Assembly (NCBI GenBank): GCA_026991135.1
Contig: JALXCD010000086.1
Span: forward strand, 1 to 58,241
Direction: 5' to 3'
Origin: Deltaproteobacteria bacterium
GTDB lineage: Bacteria; Desulfobacterota; Dissulfuribacteria; Dissulfuribacterales; QOAL01
Length of the DNA: 58,241 bases
A program made the translations under genes and the position numbers. Under the pieces are notes generated by a model that worked only from the letters and a program-made list of their open reading frames with translations, did not search any database and was not told the origin of the DNA. This document shows, one piece after another, positions 8,856-17,183 of this stretch (positions are counted from its first letter, which is position 1; the number at the start of each line of letters is the position of its first letter).

Positions 8856-10580
8856 ATGGGTCAAAGGATTGTAGTCATAGGCGCTGTAGCTGCCGGGCCA
8901 AAGTCTGCATGCAGGGCAAAAAGGCTTATGCCCGATGCAGAAATTACGCTCATAGACCAGGATGACCTTATTTCTTACGGAGGCTGCGGCATTCCCTATT
9001 TTGTTTCAGGAGATGTCTCTGACGAAAAGGAGCTTCGTTCCACTAGCTTTCACATGGTGAGGGACAAGTATTTTTTTGAGCAGGCCAAGGGCCTAAATGT
9101 TCGCATACTGACCAGGGCCCTTTCCATTGATAGAAAGGACAAGATTGTCCATGTAGAGGATGTGAAGACAGGTGAAAAGGACCAAATTCCCTATGACAAA
9201 CTGGTAATTGCAACAGGAAGCAGGCCAAATGTCATCCCTGTTCCAGGGCATGACCTGGAAGGTGTATTTACAATAAGCAGCCTTCATAAGGCCATTCAAA
9301 TAAAAGACCTTTTGGCAAAGGGAAAGGTGGCAAGGGCCGTTGTAATAGGGGGTGGCGCAATAGGCATTGAGATGGCCGAGGCCCTTACGGACCTTTGGGG
9401 TATTGAGACCAGAATAGTGGAATTTATGCCCCAGGTGCTTCCGCGAATAGTGGATAGCCCAATAGCAAGGATGGTGGAGCAGCATTTGAGGGAAAACGGG
9501 GTAGAGGTCTTTACCAGCGAAGCTGCCCAGAAATTTGAAGGAGATGACAGTGGCTGGGTGAAAAAGGTCATAACCAACAAAAGGGAACTTGAGACAGACC
9601 TTGTGATAATGGCAGCAGGAGTTAGGCCCAGGGGAGAGCTAGCAAAGGATGCCGGCCTTGAGGTGTCTCCCTTTGGCGCAATAGTGGTAAATCAAAGGAT
9701 GCAGACTTCTGACCCCGACATCTATGCGGCAGGGGACTGTGTAGAGACATTCAATCTGGTTACTGGAAAAAAGGCCTATGCACCGCTAGGTTCGGTTGCA
9801 AACAGGCAGGGAAGGGTTGTGGCCGACAACCTTGCCGGCATTCCGTCCCGCTTTGATGGGGTCGTAGGAAGCTTTATAATGAAGGTCTTTGATATTTGTG
9901 TGGGTTCCACTGGAATTAGCATGGAGGTTGCCCGCGATGAGGGATTTGCCCCGGTTTATGCCATGGCGGTCCAGGCAGACAGGGCTCACTTTTTCCCCAC
10001 CCAGGCCCTCATGTTCAATAATCTTGTGGTAAACAAGAAAGACGGCAGGGTCCTTGGCCTACAGGGCTTTGCCAAGATGGGCGACGGACTTCTTGCAAGG
10101 ATTAATGCGGCAGCAGGGATGATTGCAAAAAGGGCGGTTGTTTCAGACTTTAGCACCCTTGAGCTTGCCTATGCCCCTCCATTTTCCAATGCCGTTGACA
10201 TCCTTAATGCAGCGGCAAATATTGCTGACAATCTCATAAATGACCGATTAAAGGTCATAACCGTAGAGGAGTTTGTTGACTGGATGGACGGAAAGGTAGA
10301 GCATCCTGACTGGATTGCCCTTGACCTCAGGCATCCAAAAGAGGCCGAACCCTGGGTCAAGGCCTTTCCAGACAAGTGGCTTGCCCTTGTGTATGATAAG
10401 GTTAGGGCCAATTATGAAAGCCTTCCTAAGGATAAGACCTTTATCATTATTTGTAATGCTGGAACAAGGTCCTATGAAATACAGCTCTTTTTAAGGACTG
10501 TTGGAATCGATAATACCTATGTGCTTCCTGGAGGACTTAATGTTATAAGAAGACTTGGTGTCTCCTGGTGGCAACAATAG
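8856..10580 (+). CDS. CoA-disulfide reductase / NADH-dependent persulfide reductase-like flavoprotein with C-terminal rhodanese domain
   Basis: 574 aa. FAD fold VVIGAVAAGPK, redox Cys SYGGCGIPYF, NAD(P) fold VVIGGGAIGIEMAE. C-terminal rhodanese active-site loop IIICNAGTRS. Strong RBS AAGGAGG. Confidence 0.88.
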   Translation: MGQRIVVIGAVAAGPKSACRAKRLMPDAEITLIDQDDLISYGGCGIPYFVSGDVSDEKELRSTSFHMVRDKYFFEQAKGLNVRILTRALSIDRKDKIVHVEDVKTGEKDQIPYDKLVIATGSRPNVIPVPGHDLEGVFTISSLHKAIQIKDLLAKGKVARAVVIGGGAIGIEMAEALTDLWGIETRIVEFMPQVLPRIVDSPIARMVEQHLRENGVEVFTSEAAQKFEGDDSGWVKKVITNKRELETDLVIMAAGVRPRGELAKDAGLEVSPFGAIVVNQRMQTSDPDIYAAGDCVETFNLVTGKKAYAPLGSVANRQGRVVADNLAGIPSRFDGVVGSFIMKVFDICVGSTGISMEVARDEGFAPVYAMAVQADRAHFFPTQALMFNNLVVNKKDGRVLGLQGFAKMGDGLLARINAAAGMIAKRAVVSDFSTLELAYAPPFSNAVDILNAAANIADNLINDRLKVITVEEFVDWMDGKVEHPDWIALDLRHPKEAEPWVKAFPDKWLALVYDKVRANYESLPKDKTFIIICNAGTRSYEIQLFLRTVGIDNTYVLPGGLNVIRRLGVSWWQQ

Positions 10581-10622
10581 GTACTTTGTGTTAGGTTTCA
10601 AAAAAATTTTAGGAGTGAAAGT

Positions 10623-11375
10623 ATGCAAAAAGTTTTTTTAAGATTTTCTGTTCCGGGTTTGATAGCAGTATCTTTAGTCTTTTTTTCACAATTTGTTTTT
10701 GCAAAGTGTCCTTCAGGAAATGTCTTAGAAAAGGGTATTCAAAAGACCTTTAGGCAAAAAATAAAGGTAATTAAGGTCAAACCCAGTAAAATGCCTGGTG
10801 TATGTCAGGTCCAGGTAAAATTTCGGGGCATGACAAGGCTCATCTATTCAGATACAAATGGCGATTTTTTGCTGGCAGGGCAGCTTTTTGATACGAAGAC
10901 AGGAAAGAACCTTACACGGGAGACCCTTGCAGAGATAAATCGCCTTGGTCCAAAGGAGTTGAAGAAGCTAAAGAATCTTTCTGCCTTTTCTCTCGGGAGC
11001 AAGGGACCAGTCGTTTATTTAGTTACTGATCCTCAATGCCCTTATTGCAAAAAAGCAGAAGAAATACTTGAGCCCTTGGCCAAAGATGGAAAGCTTCAAG
11101 TCAGATACCTTCTTTTTCCTTTAAAATTTCATAAAGGTGCCAAAGAGGAATGTATTTCCATAATTTGTGATAAAAAGGGCCTTGAAGGTTTTAAGAACAG
11201 GTATCGTTCTGAAAACCAGTGTGAAAAAGGAAAGAAACAGGTTGATGAGACTGTAAAATTCCTTATGAGTAAGGGGATTTCTGGAACACCAACCTATATC
11301 TTTCCAGATGGACGGTATCACTCAGGGGTATTAAACAAAAAGCAACTTATGGAAAAACTTAGCAAATTTAAATAG
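10623..11375 (+). CDS. Exported thiol:disulfide interchange protein, DsbC/DsbG family
   Basis: 250 aa. Signal peptide ending FVFA. N-terminal dimerisation-like domain and a thioredoxin fold with CPYC (DPQCPYCKK). Confidence 0.8.
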   Translation: MQKVFLRFSVPGLIAVSLVFFSQFVFAKCPSGNVLEKGIQKTFRQKIKVIKVKPSKMPGVCQVQVKFRGMTRLIYSDTNGDFLLAGQLFDTKTGKNLTRETLAEINRLGPKELKKLKNLSAFSLGSKGPVVYLVTDPQCPYCKKAEEILEPLAKDGKLQVRYLLFPLKFHKGAKEECISIICDKKGLEGFKNRYRSENQCEKGKKQVDETVKFLMSKGISGTPTYIFPDGRYHSGVLNKKQLMEKLSKFK

Positions 11376-11386
11376 GAGTGGTAGCC

Positions 11387-12676
11387 ATGGCCGATATTAA
11401 AAAGATGTACAAAACCATTTTAGGTGATCATTTCCCCATGGAAATGAGAATCAAATTTGGCGACCAGGAACTTGTTTACAAGAAAAGGACTTGGAAGATA
11501 CCGAATGCCAATGGAGAGTTAGAAGAAAGAGGGCTTCGCTATGGTGAAAATCCGGATCAGGAGGCAGCCCTTTACGAGCTTGTAAATGGGAACCTGGTCC
11601 TTGGTGATTGTGCCTTTATTACACCGGGAAAGGGTTTGGTCAGTGCAATTACAGAAGAAGATATGATACAAGCAGGTAAGCACCCTGGTAAGATAAATCT
11701 CACTGATGTGGATAATTCCTTGAATGTCTTAAAGTTTCTTATGAAGACCCCTGCCTGCGTGATAGTAAAGCACAACAATCCATGTGGAGTTGCAAAGGCA
11801 GATACTATAGAAGATGCTTTTACCAGGGCGCTTCGTGCTGACAGGGTTGCGGCCTTTGGAGGGTGTGTGGCCCTTAACAGGCCAGTTGACAGGTCCACGG
11901 CAGAGGCCATTAGCAATCAATATGTAGAGGTTGTTGTTGCGCCTGAATATGAAGAAGGGACGGTTGATATTCTTTCAAAGAGGAAAAACTTAAGAATAAT
12001 AAAGATACAAAGAATTGATCAACTTGAGTCCTATTGGGATTTAAGGTTTGTGGATTTTAAAAGCCTCATTGACGGCGGAATAATTGTTCAGCAGTCACCT
12101 GTAAATAAGGTTCGTTCCAAGGAGGACCTAAAGCCTGCTGAATGCGAATATCAGGGGAAGGTCTATAGGATAAAAAGGCTTCCTACAGAACAGGAATACG
12201 AAGATATAATCTTTGGCTGGGCAGTGGAACAGGGAGTTACCTCAAACTCTGTTATTTATGTAAAAAATGGTGTGACTGTTGGTATCGGGACCGGCGAGCA
12301 GGACAGGGTCGGAGTGGCCGAGATTGCCGTCTATAAGGCCTATACCAAGTATGCAGATATACTTTGTTATGATAAATACGGGATTCCTTATAAGGAGCTT
12401 GAGCTTTTGGTAGAAAAGGGTGAGCGCGATAAGGCGCAAAAGGATGAGATTGATCAGAAGGTCAAGGAGGACAGGGGGAACATTCCTGGTTCCACAATGG
12501 TGTCAGACGCCTTTTTTCCATTCAGGGATGGAGTAGATGTTGGTATAAGACAGGGTGTTACAGCCATTGTTCACCCTGGAGGCTCCTTGAGAGACTGGGA
12601 GTCCATTGAGGCATGTAATGAGGCAGACCCCCCAGTGACCATGGTATTTACCGGCCAGAGGGCCTTTAAACATTAA
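11387..12676 (+). CDS. purH: AICAR transformylase-type PurH lacking the N-terminal MGS-like IMP cyclohydrolase domain
   Basis: ORF track starts at GTG 11378. The ATG at 11387 sits 8 nt after AGGAG. GLRYGENPDQ, NNPCGVA and the FPFRDG...HPGGS motifs are typical of the AICARFT domain. At only about 430 aa there is no room for the roughly 200-aa cyclohydrolase domain. Confidence 0.85.
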   Translation: MADIKKMYKTILGDHFPMEMRIKFGDQELVYKKRTWKIPNANGELEERGLRYGENPDQEAALYELVNGNLVLGDCAFITPGKGLVSAITEEDMIQAGKHPGKINLTDVDNSLNVLKFLMKTPACVIVKHNNPCGVAKADTIEDAFTRALRADRVAAFGGCVALNRPVDRSTAEAISNQYVEVVVAPEYEEGTVDILSKRKNLRIIKIQRIDQLESYWDLRFVDFKSLIDGGIIVQQSPVNKVRSKEDLKPAECEYQGKVYRIKRLPTEQEYEDIIFGWAVEQGVTSNSVIYVKNGVTVGIGTGEQDRVGVAEIAVYKAYTKYADILCYDKYGIPYKELELLVEKGERDKAQKDEIDQKVKEDRGNIPGSTMVSDAFFPFRDGVDVGIRQGVTAIVHPGGSLRDWESIEACNEADPPVTMVFTGQRAFKH

Positions 12677-12699
12677 TAGCTTTACTTGGATCTTCATAA

Positions 12700-12730
12700 A
12701 AGGCGGGTTATTGTGCCCGCCTTATTTCTG
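12700..12730 (+). terminator. Intrinsic terminator after purH
   Basis: Stem AAGGCGGG (12700-12707) pairs with CCCGCCTT (12716-12723) around an 8-nt loop, followed by ATTTCT. Confidence 0.6.
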
Positions 12731-12750
12731 TAATCACACAGATAATTTCC

Positions 12751-13173
12751 ATGCGCAAGGCTTTAAAAAGTCTGGTTATGATAAAGGATCCCAAAATGAT
12801 TGAAGAAATTACATTACCAAATGGGCTCAATGTCCAGTTCTATGACTATTCAAGACGGGTTGCAGGAGATAGATGGCTTGTGGGGCTCCTTGTCAGGATA
12901 CCAATCAAGGTAGAAAGGGAAGATTTTTCCACCTTTGAAAATGGTGATGAACTATACAAAGGCTTTTTAGAAAAACATGGAGATGAAATAGCCTTTGAAC
13001 TCCAGAAGGAGAGAAATTTTATAGACGAAAGGGAAAAGGCCGAGATATTTTCAACGCTTTTATCAACCCTTAAGAAACATGCTCTATCATATATGGGACA
13101 CAAGGATTTTGCCAAGGGATTTAAAAAAAGAAAAATTGAAGAATTTAAACAGAGGCTTTCATGGTGGAAATAG
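12751..13173 (+). CDS. Hypothetical protein with no recognisable motif
   Basis: 140-aa ORF, possibly starting later at MIKDP or MIEEI. Its stop overlaps the start of the next gene (ATGGTGGAAATAG), implying translational coupling. Confidence 0.55.
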   Translation: MRKALKSLVMIKDPKMIEEITLPNGLNVQFYDYSRRVAGDRWLVGLLVRIPIKVEREDFSTFENGDELYKGFLEKHGDEIAFELQKERNFIDEREKAEIFSTLLSTLKKHALSYMGHKDFAKGFKKRKIEEFKQRLSWWK

Positions 13174-13973
13174 AGAAGTTGAAGGAGCTTGATAAAAGTG
13201 GGATCAAGGACAAGTTATTTGAAAAAAAGGTGTCTAAAAATGACATAGCTCAAGAAGAACTTCTGCACTTCTGGGATGATGAAGGTCAAAGATTGACCGC
13301 AAGGATTTTTTCAAAAGAGCCTTCCAATCCCCATGTCCTTTATTTTCCTGCTGAGTATGAGAGTGAAGAGACCTTAAAAAGGCTTGCCGACGGGTTTGCT
13401 TCAATAAATTTCACCTTTATTGCCTTTGAATATCCTGAATTCGGTCTTAGCCAGGGCGAGTTTTCCTTTTTGACCATCTTCGATAAGGCAAGTCTTTTTT
13501 TTGATTCCGTAAAGGAGTGGATGAAAGAGACCAAAAGAAATGGTGGGCTTGTCATTATGGGACGCTCCATTGGTTCTGCCATTGCGATTAATGAGGCCTT
13601 AAAGCGTGAAAAGGAACTACTGTGTCTTGTTATAGAGAGCGGTTTTTCGTCTGGAAGGCAATTTTTTGAGAGATCTGGCATTCAATCGAATTTGTTACCA
13701 GAGGAGCCCATTTTCGCAAACAGGAAAAAGATGGCCCAATTTAAAAAGCCTGTCCTTTTCATTCATAGCTCGAGAGACGAGATACAAAGTCTTCCTGAGG
13801 TGGAATGGCTAGTGGCAGAAAGCCGTTCAAAGGCCACGCAATTTCAGATTGCCCCAAGTGGTACAAGGAGAGAACTGGCCAAGGCTGTAGGAGGTATCTA
13901 TTTTGAGATACTTGAGCAATACATAAACTTACGAAGGGGAGTGAGGCCCTCTAGAAAGAGGAAAAGGGGTTAA
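13161..13973 (+). CDS. Alpha/beta-hydrolase-fold protein, apparently degenerate (nucleophile elbow present, no catalytic His found)
   Basis: 270 aa. GRSIG nucleophile elbow and acid candidate IHSSRDE. No histidine anywhere C-terminal of that Asp. Basic tail PSRKRKRG. Confidence 0.68.
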   Translation: MVEIEKLKELDKSGIKDKLFEKKVSKNDIAQEELLHFWDDEGQRLTARIFSKEPSNPHVLYFPAEYESEETLKRLADGFASINFTFIAFEYPEFGLSQGEFSFLTIFDKASLFFDSVKEWMKETKRNGGLVIMGRSIGSAIAINEALKREKELLCLVIESGFSSGRQFFERSGIQSNLLPEEPIFANRKKMAQFKKPVLFIHSSRDEIQSLPEVEWLVAESRSKATQFQIAPSGTRRELAKAVGGIYFEILEQYINLRRGVRPSRKRKRG

Positions 13974-14983
13974 CTCCACACCCCTTCAATTGTTTCTCCA
14001 CATTTCGGACACCTTCCATTATCCATTCGGTTTTCCAATATTGTAAAGCCATATCTTTTAATGAGCAGTTCATTACAAGCAGGGCAGTAGGTATTTTCTC
14101 CTCCTTCTCCTGGTACGTTTCCTTCATAGACGAATCTCAGACCCTCTTCGTAGCCAATTTCTCTTGCACGGCGTAATATGCTAACCGGTGTAGGTGGACG
14201 ATCTAACATTTTATAGGTTGGATGAAAGGCTGTAACATGCCAAGGGATGGATGATGAGACTGATTTTATGAATTTAGCAATTTCTCTAAGTTCTGCCTCT
14301 GAATCATTCCAGCCAGGAATTATCAGGGTGGTAACTTCAACCCATATGCCCAACTCGTGCATTAGTTTTATAGAGTCTAACACTGGCTGAAGTCGTGCCT
14401 TGCATACCTCCTTGTAAAACTTGTCTGTAAATGCCTTAAGATCAATGTTGATGCCATCGAGAAAATCCGTGCTGTGCCTGCATGTCTCCTCTGTCATATA
14501 TCCATTACTTACAAATACATTTTTTAGGCCCTCTGTCCTTGCGATTTTCCCTGTATCATAGGCAAATTCATAAAAGATGGTCGGTTCCACATAGGTGTAG
14601 CTTATACTTCTTACACCTGAAAGAAGGGCATCCTTGACAACCTGTTCAGGTGTAGCTTCATCTCCTGCAATCTGGCCATTATTTAAACGAGGATACTGAC
14701 TTATGTACCAGTTCTGACAATGTTTGCACTGGAAGTTACAGCCCACCGTGGAAATGGAAAAGGAACTCGTTCCTGGCAAAAAATGAAATAGGGGTTTTTT
14801 TTCTATAGGGTCATTGTTTTGTGAAATGAGCCTTCCATAGACAAGGCTATAAAGAGTGCCATTACGGTTTTCTCTTACCTGGCAAATCCCCCTTTTACCA
14901 CTTGATATTGTGCATCTGTGTCCACAAAGGTTACATTTTACTTTTCCCTCTGGCCTTTTTTCAAAGAGATATGCCTCCTTCAT
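13970..14983 (-). CDS. amrS: AmmeMemoRadiSam-system-type radical SAM enzyme (AmrS-like)
   Basis: CNFQCKHC (C-x3-C-x2-C) radical SAM cluster motif. N-terminal Cys-rich knuckle KCNLCGHRC...GICQVR and C-terminal zinc ribbon CPACN...CPKCG. The ORF track starts at 15001, but the ATG at 14983 is preceded by GGAGGA, so it is preferred. Confidence 0.82.
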   Translation of the reverse strand: MKEAYLFEKRPEGKVKCNLCGHRCTISSGKRGICQVRENRNGTLYSLVYGRLISQNNDPIEKKPLFHFLPGTSSFSISTVGCNFQCKHCQNWYISQYPRLNNGQIAGDEATPEQVVKDALLSGVRSISYTYVEPTIFYEFAYDTGKIARTEGLKNVFVSNGYMTEETCRHSTDFLDGINIDLKAFTDKFYKEVCKARLQPVLDSIKLMHELGIWVEVTTLIIPGWNDSEAELREIAKFIKSVSSSIPWHVTAFHPTYKMLDRPPTPVSILRRAREIGYEEGLRFVYEGNVPGEGGENTYCPACNELLIKRYGFTILENRMDNGRCPKCGETIEGVWS

Positions 14984-15138
14984 GGTTGATTTTCCTCCCA
15001 TTATTCTAAATCCAAGCTTTTTTGAAATATAAGCACTAATTTTAAAAAGTCTCTTTAATTTTTTTTAAAAGTGGTCGATAAAGATTATGAGCAATATAAA
15101 AAAATAGTGTCTGATGGGACTTCCCTGAGGAGAATTCC

Positions 15139-15606
15139 ATGAAGGAAATTTTATTAGAAAGAGGTGGAAATATTGTTTCAAATGATAAAAATGTGGCATT
15201 AATTGCTAAAAGTCTGGGATCAACCCTTGCAGTTATAGTAACAGATACAGAAAATTCGATATCAGGTATATGTCAATGCATTTTGCCAAAGTCCGTCAGG
15301 CGGGATTCCAGCCTGAAAGATGTTCTTGAGCAGCTACGACTTCTCTTTAAGCAAATGATTAAGCTTGGGTCAAAGACACAAAATATTAGAATTATGCTTT
15401 GTGGTTCTGCTACTTATCTGGAAGAGCCCCCGGATACGGCTCTTGGTGTAATGCTTTATAAAAGGGTTTTGGCAGTCTTAAAGCAAAGTGATATGAAGAT
15501 TTCAGGAGAACATGTGGGAGGGCCAATAAATAGATCAGTTTCAATAAGGGTTGGTGATGAAAAGGCCAAGGTATTATTACCTGACAATAAGGAGATATTG
15601 ATATGA
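15139..15606 (+). CDS. CheD-like protein lacking the deamidase catalytic residues (probable pseudoenzyme)
   Basis: 155 aa, collinear with remembered CheD sequences. SLGSTLAVIVTD matches GLGSCVAVCMRD, GICQCILP matches AMAHVMLP, CGSATYL matches AGGASMF, and GGPINRSVS matches GGNRARSVE. The Cys and His positions read Thr and Gln. RBS GAGGAG. Confidence 0.72.
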   Translation: MKEILLERGGNIVSNDKNVALIAKSLGSTLAVIVTDTENSISGICQCILPKSVRRDSSLKDVLEQLRLLFKQMIKLGSKTQNIRIMLCGSATYLEEPPDTALGVMLYKRVLAVLKQSDMKISGEHVGGPINRSVSIRVGDEKAKVLLPDNKEILI

Positions 15607-16475
15607 ATTTGGCTATCAGTCCCGATTTTACCCTAGATGCAGTTTTTGAATCTATGGCTTCATTGCCAGTATTCCCAAAGATAGTACATGAGGCCCTGAA
15701 AGTTTTAGATGATCCTAAGAAAAAAATCAGCGATGTTAGCGAAATAATAAAATATGATCAAGGAATTGTTGGAAATATTTTGAAACTTACAAATTCTGCA
15801 CTTTTTGGTCTCACCCAGCAGGTTTCTGACCTTGATACAGCCCTTGCCCTATTGGGTCAGCAAAGAATTAGAGAAGTCCTGATAACAAGTGCAGCACTTC
15901 CTTATCTTTCTCGTACCTTAAGTGGTTATGAGATGTCTCCTCAGGATCTTTGGCTGCATTCCATTGGTTGTGCAATAATTTCTGAGGCCGTTAGTGAAAA
16001 GATCGCCCCTAACTTAAGTTCTGAACTTTATACGGCTGCAATTCTTCATGATATTGGAAAGATAGTTTTAGATATTTACCTGGGGCCTCGTCTTATTGAG
16101 GTCTTAGAACATGCTAGAATAAAAGAACATGATTTTTCCATGGCAGAATGGGAAATAATAGGGACTGATCACGCAATTGCTGGCTCTACTATTTTAAAAA
16201 ATTGGGATTTTCCTCCGGATATTTATAGGGCTGTCCGTAACCATCATGATCCAGACCTTTATATTCAAGATAAATTATCTACCATGCTAGCGCTATCAAA
16301 TTTGATAGCTGTTCAATTAGGGCTTGGTGTTGGTGCAGATGGTTTTAGATATCGAATCAATCCTGAAATTCTAAAAAAATTGGAGTTATCTACTGAGAAT
16401 TATCTTGAGCTAATAGATGAGGCTGTAAAAAAGATAGATGCGGTCCAAGATGTATTTAAGTTGATTTTAGAATAG
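15603..16475 (+). CDS. Stand-alone HDOD-domain protein
   Basis: 290 aa. HDOD hallmarks LPVFPKIVHEALKVLDDP, ILKLTNSALFG, AAILHDIGKIVL and GTDHAIAGSTILKNWDFP. The ATG overlaps the CheD-like stop (ATATGA). Confidence 0.85.
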   Translation: MNLAISPDFTLDAVFESMASLPVFPKIVHEALKVLDDPKKKISDVSEIIKYDQGIVGNILKLTNSALFGLTQQVSDLDTALALLGQQRIREVLITSAALPYLSRTLSGYEMSPQDLWLHSIGCAIISEAVSEKIAPNLSSELYTAAILHDIGKIVLDIYLGPRLIEVLEHARIKEHDFSMAEWEIIGTDHAIAGSTILKNWDFPPDIYRAVRNHHDPDLYIQDKLSTMLALSNLIAVQLGLGVGADGFRYRINPEILKKLELSTENYLELIDEAVKKIDAVQDVFKLILE

Positions 16476-17183
16476 CTAAAGATCCTTTAAAGGACAGATT
16501 TCGCATTTAGGTTTTCCTTTTTTACAGAAATCTTTACCAAGTCTTACAAAAAGTGCATGGAATTCGTTGAATAGACACGCATCTTCTGGAAGGTTAGACA
16601 TAAATATGTCTCTTAATTCATGATAATCTATATTGTCGTCGATAAGGTTGTGCCTCAACAAAATCCTGAAGGTATAGGCATCTATTACAAAGGAAGGCTT
16701 ACCTAGGGCATACAGTATGATGCTATCGGCTGTCTCAGGCCCTACTCCTTTAATTTTTAAAAGTTCTCTTCTCAGTTTTTCATGATCCATTTCTTCCATT
16801 TTGGAAATGGAACCATCAAATCGTCCAATCAGAAAATTCAAGAAATTTTTTAGTCTCTTGGCCTTTAGGTTGTAATATCCAGTAGGCCGAATTAGGGAAG
16901 CAAGTATTTCATTATCTAGCTTGAAAAGTTTATGGGGCGATAATAATTTTCTTTCTTTTAAATTGTTGATAGCCTTTTCTACATTGGTCCAGGCCGTATT
17001 TTGAGTAAGAATTGCACCAATTGCTATTTCAAAGGGGGTTTCACCAGGCCACCAGTACTGGCTTCCATAGGAATCATAGAGCTTCCAGAAGATATCAAAT
17101 AATTTCTCGGTTGTTTTATTACCTTTAAAATTGAGTGTTAGATTCCTGAGATGATCTTTTCTACACGGTGGTTGCCGCTTCAA
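16476..17183 (-). CDS. Endonuclease III-related HhH-GPD family protein
   Basis: 235 aa. Helix-hairpin-helix LLKIKGVGPETADSIILYAL, Asp in VIDAYTFR, and C-terminal FCKKGKPKCEICPLKDL (C-x6-C-x2-C). The stop abuts the stop of the convergent HDOD gene. Confidence 0.8.
   Translation of the reverse strand: MKRQPPCRKDHLRNLTLNFKGNKTTEKLFDIFWKLYDSYGSQYWWPGETPFEIAIGAILTQNTAWTNVEKAINNLKERKLLSPHKLFKLDNEILASLIRPTGYYNLKAKRLKNFLNFLIGRFDGSISKMEEMDHEKLRRELLKIKGVGPETADSIILYALGKPSFVIDAYTFRILLRHNLIDDNIDYHELRDIFMSNLPEDACLFNEFHALFVRLGKDFCKKGKPKCEICPLKDL

Noticed and set aside
12700-12723. The terminator stems at 12700-12723 and 38903-38922 share the same GGCGGG/CCCGCC core. Considered as copies of a REP-like repeated element.
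   Set aside because: The shared sequence is only 7-8 bp, and the loops and flanks differ. This is consistent with independent GC-rich terminator stems in an AT-rich genome.
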